From Octopus vulgaris (lineage: Eukaryota), in the NCBI GenBank assembly GCA_951406725.2, contig OX597836.1:18848001-18912000 (forward strand): 64,000 bases of DNA, given 5' to 3'. Positions within the stretch are counted from its first letter, which is position 1; every line of letters starts with the position of its first letter. The notes below the pieces were generated by a model, which saw only the letters and a program-made list of their open reading frames with translations, was not told where the DNA came from and did not search any database. Position numbers and translations under genes: made by a program. Positions 53,865-64,000 of this stretch are shown here, piece after piece.

Positions 53865-54070
53865 CGGCAGTCGCCATGATAGATCGGTAGCCACTACACA
53901 CATTTTTTTCTCTCCTTGTTTTTTTTTTTCTATGTCCCTTTCTGTAGAAGAGCGTAGGCTCGAAACGTAAAAGACTTTTTCTATTCCTGAGCGTTATACT
54001 AATACATCTGTTTGTTTTATACACCACCTGTCTTCGTCTTTTGTTCTTTTTTTTTCGTGAGCTCTCCCTA
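53865..54070 (+). mobile_element. ~200-bp repeat with a hammerhead-like motif (family copy 3)
   Basis: cttt CTGTAGA a gagc gtag gctc GAAA cg TA aaag at 53938-53973. Ends in (TA)n. Confidence 0.7.
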
Positions 54071-54086
54071 TATATATATATATATA

Positions 54087-54503
54087 CTCTTTACTCTTTA
54101 CTTGTTTCAGTCATTTGACTGCGGCCATGCTGGAGCACCGCCTTTAATCGAGCAACTCGACCCCGGGACTTATTCTTTGTAAGCCCAGTACTTATTCTAT
54201 CAGTCTCTTTTGCCGAACCGCTAAGTGACGGGGACATAAACACACCAGCATCGGTTGTCAAGCAATGCTAGGGGGTCAAACACAGACACACAAACACATA
54301 CATACACATACACATACATATATATATATATATACATATATACGACGGGCTTCTTTCAGTTTCCGTCTACCAAATCCACTCACAAGGCATTGGTCGGCCC
54401 GAGGCTATAGTAGAAGACACTTGCCCAAGGTGCCACGTAGTGGGACTGAACCCGGAACCATGTGGTTGGTAAACAAGCTACTTACCACACAGCCACTCCT
54501 GCG

Positions 54504-54505
<2 letters not shown>
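54087..54505 (-). mobile_element. OR-like tRNA/CORE SINE, full length
   Basis: Near-identical to the copies at 20424 and 39661. Confidence 0.9.
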
Positions 54506-54548
<43 letters not shown>

Positions 54549-54898
54549 TTTTGTTGTAGGTCAACTCTGCTCGAGCAGATTTGTGATCAAAGGCTTTCCA
54601 TACGTGACCATTCTGTTTTACTTTGTTTCGTTTTCCAGTTATTACGTGTGTCTCTATCTAGGGTTGTATCCTTCAATGCATCCCGAGTCTTGTAAACAAC
54701 GTAAGCCGTAATTTCAGGGAGATTCTGCTGCTGTTTCTTGCACTTGTTCAACCTTCATTGTTGCTGTTCTTGGTTTTTTACCATTCCTGTTATTTCATAT
54801 CTTTAGAAAAGAAAACAAAAAACAAAAAACAAAAAACAATACGAGTATTTTATTATTATCACCATCATCATCGTCCTCCTCCTCATCATCATCATCAA

Positions 54899-54994
<96 letters not shown>

Positions 54995-55003
54995 TACTAC
55001 TAC

Positions 55004-55048
<45 letters not shown>

Positions 55049-55189
55049 CAGAGGAAGGAGGGGGAAGAGGAGGAGGAGGTCAAGGTAGAGAGTCAATTAG
55101 TTGAGTTATTCAATATCTTAACAGCAAATTGCCTCGAATTTAATGACATGTTAAATACGACCAATATTTTAAATGTGCTTTAATCACGA

Positions 55190-55385
55190 GAGGGGGCGGC
55201 AGCAGTGGCAGCGGCGTCGGCGACGGCGGCGTCAGCGGCAGCCGCGAGAGCGGCGGCGTCAGCGGCAGCGGAGAGCGGCGGCGGCGGCAGCGGGAGCGGC
55301 CGTAACGGCAGCGGCGGCGGCAGCGGGAGCGGCCGTAACGGCAGCGGCGGCGGCAGCGGGAGCGGCTGTAACGGCAGCGACAGTG
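55190..55385. repeat. GC/CpG-rich (GGC/AGC)-derived tract with a 33-bp unit x3
   Basis: ggcggcggcagcgggagcggccgtaacggcagc repeated about three times. Confidence 0.85.
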
Positions 55386-55692
55386 ATGCTGGTGTTGGTT
55401 GTTGGTAGGGTTATTGTCGGCGGTGTGATGGTTGTTGTGGTAGTGCTCAAACCGGTATTCATTACTCGATCCAACCAAAGCAAGTCGGTGACGTGCGGGA
55501 TGGCGTTTTATCGTTGTGACGTAACAACGTCATTCGCTTTTCACGTACAATCCTTCAACAGAAGATAAACAATAACGACGATAACAATGACAATGTCACC
55601 GTACCAGAGACACAGTTAATGGGAGAAATTCAGAGATGGGTGGAGGGGAAGATTTGAAGACAGTGTGGTGAGGGAAAGAGGAATGCATAAAA

Positions 55693-56735
55693 TACGAGGT
55701 GATATCAAGAAGTTCCAGGACTTGTCATGTTTCATAAGAAATAACTTATTTATTTAAGTTTTAGCATCTATTTCTTTATTGCACACAAGGGGCTAAACAT
55801 AGCGGGGACAAACAAGGACAGACAAAGGAATTAAGTCGATTACATCAACCCCAGTGCGTAACTGGTACTTAATTTATCGAGCCCGAAAGGATGAAAGGCA
55901 AAGTCGACCTCGACGGAATTTGAACTCAGAACGTAACGACAGAAGAAATACCTATTTCTTTATTACCCACAAGGGGCTAAACACAGAGCGGAAAAACAAG
56001 GACAGACATAGGTATTAAGTCGATTACATCAACCCCAGTGCGTAACTGGTACTTAATTTATCGACCCCGAAAGGATGAAAGGCAAAGTCGACCTCGGCGG
56101 AATTTGAACTCAGAACGTAACGACAGACGAAATACCGCTAAGCATTTCGCCCGGCGTGCTAACGTTTCTGCCAGCTCGCCGCCTTATGTAAATTTTAACA
56201 TCATCTCTTTCGAATTAGTTACCTTGCGCGGCAATGCATCGGTTCTTGCCACTTTTGAAATCAATCCTGGAAACCCTTTTCCGTAAGCGATTTGCTCTTG
56301 ATTTCGACAATGGTGTTAAAATGGTGACCTTTGAGCTACATTTTTCATCTTGGGGAAGAAACGGAAATCCGTAGGTGCTAAATCTGGCGAATAGGTGCGG
56401 GGGCGATACAATGTTGTTTTTTTGGTGAGAAACTCACGAGTGAGGAGAGCTCGGGGACAGGATGCATTGTCATCGTGAAGAATCCAATTTTTCGCGCGCC
56501 ACAGATTCGGTCGCTTCCGACAAATGTCCTTCTTCAAACACTTCAAGTCTTCCAGATCGCTCATCGTCTTCCAGGGACGCTCTTCTGCTTTTGAAGCGTC
56601 CGTACCACTCGAAACATTGTGTACGACCCATTGCCCCGGCGCCGTAAGCTTGCCGAAACATGCTCAATGACTTTGTAGTACACATCCCAAGTTTAACACA
56701 AAATTTCACGTTGGCTCTTTGTTCCTGTCCATGAC
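55693..56735 (-). mobile_element. Internally deleted mariner element with a nested SINE dimer (55769-56184)
   Basis: EQRANVKFCVKLG...QAYG...FEWYGRFKS....LEDDERSGR joined directly to RKRPNLW...WILHDDNA...YSPDLAPTDFRFFPKMK. TIR tacgagg...aagttccaggact at 55693. SINE flanked by a 16/19 direct repeat. Confidence 0.88.
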
Positions 56736-56769
56736 AGACAGACAGACAGACACAGACAGACAGACAGAC

Positions 56770-56852
<83 letters not shown>

Positions 56853-57461
56853 TTACTGGATTATAAACCTTAGCCGTCTCACTGCATAACACCCCCATCT
56901 AGACATTGGCTGGTAAAACTATCCTCTTTCTGAATGGCGGTCTACCGTTCAGTACAGTCCAACGGACGAGCATCCAAAGTGTATTTTTCTGTTTACCAAA
57001 ACGTTTTCGCAATGATTTACTCCATCCGAGACTCTGATAAAATATAAAGGAACTTATGCGAAGGCAATGCACAGTTGGAATTAATCCGAAACTATGTGAT
57101 TGTTGAGTGAATTTGTAAACTCGTTAATCAACACCGCCATTTTCTTCTACCCATTTGTTCGATGTATTCATTTAACGACGCCATGTTTTGATACTTAAAA
57201 ACATTCGATTTATTTCATTGTTGTTTTCTTTTAGGTAAAATATCACGTGACAAATTTGTAGTGTATCGTTTCGTATTTTTCGTTGGACAGTTCACGGCTT
57301 TGATGGAAGTGTTGCGACAGATGCTTGGCCAAATTGACACACAAAGAAGACATAAAATGAAGATGGAGACAGTTCCTACACAAAAGTAAGCGACCAAATC
57401 GATTTTTATAAATTTTATGTTTCTGATCTATTTCATTTCACTCTGTTTGTTGGGGTACTAA

Positions 57462-57920
57462 GGCCTTACTTCCCTGGGCATGGACACATTGAACCTCCGA
57501 CGTCTGGCAGCTGACTTGGCAGACACCCATAAAATTATTAACCATTTTACAAACAATAACTCTGAGCACTTTTTCAAACTCCACCTGTCTAACACCCGTG
57601 GACATGTTTACAAAGTCAGAAAACAGCACAGTTCCCATGACTTTCGGAAACATTTTTTCACGCTGAGAGTTGCTGAAGCATGGAACAAACTGCCGGCTTC
57701 AGTTGTTAGTTGTCGGAGCACTGCATCCTTCAAAACTTCCATGCTTCCTGAGATTCGCCAACACTACACCTGATTTTCTCCCCTCCATACACACGCAAGC
57801 ATGTATCTGACTCGTACACTGTTCGCTTTCCACACATTTGTACATTATTGCATATACTTTATACGCACTTTTTGACAAGTTGTGGTGCACCTGAGCACTG
57901 TATACAATAATTTCATTATT
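57462..57920 (+). mobile_element. CR1/L2-type LINE 3' end (ORF2 C-terminus and 3' UTR)
   Basis: LGMDTLNLRRLAADL..THKII...NTRGH.YK......RKHFFTLRVAEAWNKLP..VV...S..SFK, with a short (att) tail. Confidence 0.85.
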
Positions 57921-58313
57921 AAGGACAATCCTTCACAGTACGGTACAAAAAATTTCATGGAGAACACATCGAACATCAAAACGTATCTATGCAACTTGAC
58001 AATTCCTCTGGCATACAGTTTCTCTACTGTGATTCTTGTAATCTTATGTTACTCCAAGGCTGAAGTCATTACGTAATCTTTAATCTTTTGCTTGTTTCAA
58101 TCGTTGGACTGTGTCCATGCTGGAGCGCCACCTTGAAAGATTTTTTGTCAATACAAATCGGCGTCAATATTTTTTTTTTTTTAAGCCTGCTACTTATTCT
58201 ATCGATGTCATTTGTGTCATTTACCGAACTGCTTGTTTACAGGGGCGCAAACGAACCAACACTGGTTGTCAAGCGGAGGAGGGAAGGGAGAGAAACGGAA
58301 CACAAATACGCGT

Positions 58314-58439
<126 letters not shown>

Positions 58440-58571
58440 TATATGATTAAGGTTCAGCTAAAAAAATTTACTTTACCACACACTGAACTTTTAGAAATAG
58501 CAGCCAAAGAATTTAGCTATTTCCTCTACTACAAGAAGAGTCTCCCAGACAATGTATACTCAAAAACAATT

Positions 58572-58615
<44 letters not shown>

Positions 58616-58664
58616 GTAACAGAAAAGAGGAATTTCGATTGTCCCCACGTGGTGACTTGTAATG

Positions 58665-58938
58665 TATATAAGAAATTAAAAAAGGAAAATACGCACACTT
58701 ACATGGCTTTAATATAATTTTTAATATATCGACCGGTGTCGCTATCGCTATTCATGATATAATGTTTAATTTATATGAATATATATCACACACAACATGG
58801 ACCAAATTTCTTCTTAAGAAAAAATATATATTCATATAAATTAAACATTATATCATGAATAGCGATAGCGAAACCGGTCGATATATTAAAAATTATATTA
58901 AAACCATGTAAGTGTGCGTATTTTCCTTTTTTTAATTT

Positions 58939-58946
<8 letters not shown>
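58665..58946. repeat. Fold-back inverted repeat: ~122-bp arms, 37-nt spacer, near (TA)n
   Basis: 58665-58786 versus 58824-58946: two substitutions and one indel. Confidence 0.92.
58849..58885 (+). ncRNA. Minimal hammerhead ribozyme variant with an A3-U8 core pair
   Basis: tatatc AUGAAUA gc gata gc GAAA ccgg UC gatata. Stem I 6 bp, stem II 2 bp, palindromic stem III ACCGGU, GUC triplet. Confidence 0.6.
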
Positions 58947-58994
<48 letters not shown>

Positions 58995-58995
<1 letters not shown>

Positions 58996-59045
58996 TAGCA
59001 GCTAAGCCCGGTTACACCCGGTCGGTTTGGTTGATGTGGCTGTAA
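58995..59045 (-). mobile_element. Helitron-like 3' terminus remnant
   Basis: Reverse strand: ccgggtgtaaccgg hairpin ... gctgCTAG|T. Confidence 0.5.
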
Positions 59046-59084
59046 AACCTACTCTTTGTAAGCATTCGACTTCATTATTTAAGT

Positions 59085-59525
59085 GCTGGGCTGGCAGAAT
59101 CGTTAACCTGCCCGGCAGAATGCTTTCGTCCGTTCTTACTTTCTGTGTTCCAATTCTGCCGAGGTCGACTTTGCTTTCATCCTTTCGGGGTCGATAAAAT
59201 AAATACCTATTTCTTTACTACTCATAAAGGGCTAAACACAGAGAGGACAAACAAGGACAGGCAAACGGATTAAGTCGATTATATCGACCCCAGTGCGTAA
59301 CTGGTACTTATTTAATCGACCCCGAAAGGATGAAAGGCAAAGTCAACCTTGGCGGAATTTGAACTCAGAACGTAACGGCAGACGAAATACCGCTAAGCAT
59401 TTCGCCCGGTGTGCTAACGTTTCTGCCAGCTCGCCGCCTTGTCGATAAAATAAGAACCAGTTGAGCACTGAGGTTGATGCAATCGACAAGCCCCTTTCCC
59501 TTAAAAATTGCTGGCCTTGTACAAA
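59085..59525. mobile_element. Nin-SINE (-, 59203-59440) nested inside an older Nin-SINE (+)
   Basis: Perfect 13-bp TSD gtcgataaaataa at 59190-59202 and 59441-59453. Confidence 0.9.
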
Positions 59526-59867
59526 AACCTTTTTTTTTAAATATCGTCATTATCATTTGGATCGCATTTGACAGAAGAAAGTGAGAATCAGCGAAGTAAA
59601 AGTAATTCCATTTTTAACACCCTTAATCACCAACGTAAAAACCATCACCTCTGTTGTTCGAATTAGCTTTCGTTCAGGGTTGCTTTTGCTGTTGTTGTTG
59701 TTGTTATTGTTGTTGTTGTTGTTGAGGTTGTGTGTTTTGTTTGAATTATTTGGTTTGTTTTGTGTTTTTGTTGTTGTTTTATGTTGATGTTTTTTTTATC
59801 TGTCCATTTTTCTGTAAAGCCAACATAAAACCATTTTTGGACGCTCCGATGATTCCTTTAATGCATA

Positions 59868-59905
<38 letters not shown>

Positions 59906-60140
59906 GACAGACGTACACACATACATATATGAATGTGCATGTGAGTATATGTGTGTGCGCTCGTGTGTGTATACGTGCACATATGTATACAAGTATATAT
60001 AGATGCATATATACATATAAATGCATATATGTATACACGTATACGTATATATATATATATACATATACATGCATATATATATATATATATACACGTATAC
60101 GTATATACATATATATATATATATATATATACATACATAC

Positions 60141-60197
<57 letters not shown>

Positions 60198-60237
60198 CAT
60201 ACATATAGATATATATATATATATATACATATAGATA

Positions 60238-60296
<59 letters not shown>

Positions 60297-60425
60297 GCAT
60301 ACACGCAGAAACACAGAAGCATATACGTGCATGTGTATGTGTGTGCGCGCGCGCGTGTCGGTGCGTATCTGCGCGTGTGTGCATATATATATATATATAT
60401 GCACACACGCGCAGATGCGCACCGA

Positions 60426-60476
<51 letters not shown>

Positions 60477-60659
60477 GCAAACGTACACATAAGCGTGCGC
60501 GCACACACATACACACACATGTGTTTGTTTGTTTTTTATATCCAGAGAACCTAATTGCAAATTTAGTCGAGTAATTCTAATGAATGTCACAGTTTAGAAT
60601 TAGAAGTAAAGAAGAAGAAAGAAATAGAAAAAACAGTTAAGGTTATAGAAAGAGATGAA

Positions 60660-61380
60660 GAGAGAGAGAGCGAGAGAAAAGGAGAAAGGGAGAGCGAGAG
60701 AAAAGGAGAAAGGGAGAGAGAGAGAAAAGGAGAAAGGGAGAGCGAGAGAAAAGGAGAAAGGGAGAGCGAGAGAAAAGGAGAAAGGGAGAGCGAGAGAAAA
60801 GGAGAAAGGGAGAGCGAGAGAAAAGGAGAAAGGGAGAGCGAAAGAAAAGGAGAAAGGGAGAGCGAGAGAAAAGGAGAAAGGGAGAGCGAGAGAAAAGGAG
60901 AAAGGGAGAGAGAGAGAAAAGGAGAAAGGGAGAGCGAGAGAAAAGGAGAAAGGGAGAGCGAGAGAAAAGGAGAAAGGGAGAGAGAGAGAAAAGGAGAAAG
61001 GGAGAGAGAGAGAAAAGGAGAAAGGGAGAGCGAGAGAAAAGGAGAAAGGGAGAGCGAGAGAAAAGGAGAAAGAGAGAGAGAGAGAAAAGGAGAAAGGGAG
61101 AGCGAGAGAAAAGGAGAAAGGGAGAGCGAGAGAAAAGGAGAAAGGGAGAGCGAGAGAAAAGAAGAAAGGGAGAGAGAGAGAGAAAAGGAGAAAGGGAGAG
61201 AGAGAGAGAAAAGGAGAAAGGGAGAGCGAGAGAAAAGGAGAAAGGGAGAGCGAGAGAAAAGGAGAAAGGGAGAGCGAGAGAAAAGGAGAAAGGGAGAGAG
61301 AGAGAAAAGGAGAAAGGGAGAGCGAGAGAAAAGGAGAAAGGGAGAGCGAGAGAAAAGGAGAAAGGGAGAGCGAGATAGGG
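60660..61380 (+). repeat. 24-bp polypurine minisatellite, about 30 copies
   Basis: Unit gagagcgagagaaaaggagaaagg; explains the REKEKGRA ORF. Confidence 0.95.
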
Positions 61381-61979
61381 AAAGAGAAGGAGAAGCGGTG
61401 GGTGAGAGGGAGAGAGCGAAAGAAAGGTAACAGAAATGAAGGGGAAAAGCTATTTAAACGGTATAAAGAGATATAAAGTTTGTTTTCATTCTTTTGCTTA
61501 TTTTTGTTTTTTGTTTTTTTTAACTGTCAACAGAGAAAAAAAAATCAATACAGAAACAAAATACTTAAACAAGAACAACAACAACAGCATCAGCAACAAT
61601 AACGTCAATTATAACTACAACAATAACAACAACGACAAAGCATTTGAGATTTGAAACGCGTTTATAACGGGGGAAAATATCAAAGTTTGTAATAATGGGT
61701 ATAAATAAATTTGACGAAGAAAATAATGGGAATATAAACCTGGATATAAACCATCATTTTATTTTGGTCGGTCTGTGATGGAGAATTTTTGTCTTTTGTG
61801 TTTTTTTGCTTAGTTTTGTTTTGTGTTTTGGTTATTTTTCTTTTTTTTTTTGTTTTTTGTTTTTTTTGTCTTTTTTTGTTATAAGCTTCACTGATGTCTT
61901 ATTTCGTTCGCTTCGTTGAACATAAGTCTCTGCAATGGTCTTATACACGCCTTCCATGGTTTCTTGGTGAAATAACTAT

Positions 61980-62394
61980 TTCTTTGCTACCCACAAGGGG
62001 CTAAACACAGAGAGGACAAACAAGGACAGACAAACGGATTAAGTCAAAATTATATCGACCCCGGTGCGTAACTGGTACTTATTTAATCGACACCGAAAGG
62101 ATGAAAGGCAAAGTCGACCTCGGCAGAATTTGAACTCAGAACGTAGCGACAGACGAAATACCTATCTTTTTGCTACCCACAAGGGGCTAAACACAGAGAG
62201 GACAAACAAGGACAGACAAATGGATTAAGTCGACTATATCGACCCCATTGCATAACTAGTACTTATTTAATCGACCCCGAAAGGATGAAAGGCAAAGTCG
62301 ACCTCGGCGGAATTTGAACTCAGAACGTAGCGACAGACGAAATACTACTAAGCATTCCACCCGGCGTGCTAACAGTTCTGCCAGCTCGCCGCCT
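61980..62394 (-). mobile_element. Nin-SINE dimer with TSD
   Basis: Two tandem units with one head. gtgaaataactat at 61967-61979 and 62399-62411. Confidence 0.9.
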
Positions 62395-62578
62395 TAAAGT
62401 GAAATAACTATCGTAGTGAAATAACTATCATACAGTTATAGTGCTGGAGCTTTCAACACCATGCAGCCCTTAGCACAATCATAAAGCATAGCCTAGACTC
62501 CGCAGGCTTCCCTTCCAGTTCGAGCCTGCAGGGCTAGACCGAGGGGACGGTAAATAGCCGGATGAGCTGGCAGAAAAT

Positions 62579-63200
62579 GGCGGCGAGCTGGCAGACGCGT
62601 TAGTACGCCGGGTGAAATGCGTAGCCGTATTTCGTCTGCCGTTACGTACTGAGTTCAAACTCCGCCGAGGTTGACTTTGCCATTCTTCCTTTCGGAGTCG
62701 ATAAATTAAGTGCCAGTTACGCACTGGGTTCGATATAATCGACTTAATCCGTTTATCTGTCCTTGTTTGTCCTCTCTGTGTTTAGTCCATTGTAGGTAGT
62801 AAAGAAATAGGTATTTCGTCTGCCGTTACGTTCTGAGTTCAAATTCCGCCGAGGTCGACTTTGCCTTTCATCCTTTCGGAGTCGATAAATTAAGTACCAG
62901 TTACGCACTGGGGTCAATATAATCGACTTAATCCGTTTGTCTGTCCTTGTTTGTCTCCTCTGTGTGTAGCCCCTTGTGGGTAGTAAAGAAATAAGAAACA
63001 TTAGACCTTCGAACAAAATGCTTGGCGACATTTCTTCCAGATCTTAATGTTCTGGGTTCAAATTCCACTGATGTCGACTTTACCTTTCGTCCTTTTGGGA
63101 TCGATAAAACAAGTACCAGTCGATCGAGGATTGGGGTCAATGTAATAGACTCAGCCCTTCTCCCAAAAACTTTAAGCCTTGTTGCTGTAGTAGAAATAAT
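62579..63200 (+). mobile_element. Nin-SINE dimer (62579-62995) within or adjacent to an older SINE remnant
   Basis: Head ggcggcgagctggcag, unit junction aaagaaataggtatttcgtc at about 62801-62820. A diverged Nin domain follows at 63050-63200. Confidence 0.85.
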
Positions 63201-63218
63201 TAGCAGCAACAGCAGCAA

Positions 63219-63267
<49 letters not shown>

Positions 63268-63293
63268 GGTGGTGGTGGTGGTGGTGGTGGTAA

Positions 63294-63334
<41 letters not shown>

Positions 63335-63613
63335 TTATTATTGCTGTTGTTACTCTTTTATCTCCAGACGTCTAAAACCAAATTTCCCCAAAAACTAAAT
63401 TACATTCTCTCCTTGGTTGTTGTTGTTGTTGTTTTAGTTGTTGTTGTTGTTGTTGTTTTATTCCAAGACATCACTAATCTTTACTTCTTTATTTTTTTTT
63501 TTTTTTTTACTTTTTCACTTTCAAAAGTTGGATTTTTAACAAAAAAAAAATTCAGCATCTTTGATTCCTTTTTCAGATATTTCTTTCTTCCTAACATTCA
63601 AAAAGTTTCTCTC

Positions 63614-63658
<45 letters not shown>

Positions 63659-64000
63659 TTCAACCTGTCTAGCTCTTTCTTTCCGACTTTGTCTTCTTAT
63701 ATATAATATACATGTGTGTGTGTATGTGTTTATGTATAAGCAAGTATGTATGCATGTATATATGTTCTTATTTATGTGTATATGCATATACGTATGCGTA
63801 TATATATATATATATATATATATATAGCTAGCTTTTTTTCTAAATTACTAGCATCAGGTTGAGCATTAAGTAATTAATTCGCGTAATCAACAATTGCACT
63901 GTTCTGGAAATAAGTCAAGACAGACCAATTTAATTCTTTCCAATTCTGGGAACCCTATAAATAGATATAGGCTTTTGCTCTCTCACTCTCTCTATATATA

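Noticed and set aside
55173-55568. Arg/Ala/Gly-rich ORFs as an exon
   Set aside because: Open in several frames on both strands because of GGC/AGC repeats; no clear splice sites or homology.
60655-61476. 273-aa REKEKGRA ORF as a protein-coding gene
   Set aside because: Translation of a 24-bp purine minisatellite, which cannot contain stop codons.

Overview
AT-rich, microsatellite-saturated animal genomic DNA. The SINE families and repeat style point to an octopus (inference). The only host gene I can support is four + strand internal exons (4619-4741, 6479-6592, 23747-23879, 26927-27045). They splice in frame into the HEAT-repeat region of a SCY1-like pseudokinase 2 (SCYL2-like, probably the invertebrate paralog). 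The rest appears to be intron, including 17 kb between exons 2 and 3 and >36 kb after exon 4, where I found no further exon. It holds tRNA-derived SINEs, mariner remnants and MITEs, a piggyBac-type MITE, a non-autonomous Helitron, fragments of R4/Dong-, RTE- and CR1-type LINEs, Penelope-like (Naiad-type) elements, and a 31-bp satellite. Almost all long ORFs in the track are microsatellite artefacts. The most striking unannotated signal is a dispersed set of type I hammerhead ribozyme folds, read by eye, mostly in (TA)n-associated Penelope/retrozyme-like repeats. Their core 3-8 pair co-varies (C-G, G-C, A-U, possibly U-A). Three sit in fold-back palindromes with their own antisense copy, and one sits in a 351-bp terminally redundant retrozyme-like unit. 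Other notable items: SINE multimers inserted as single units, a shared SINE/LINE 3' tail, several long dsRNA-forming inverted repeats (candidate ADAR substrates), and a 175-nt AG-exclusion zone before exon 2. All family assignments come from motif recognition, not database searches.
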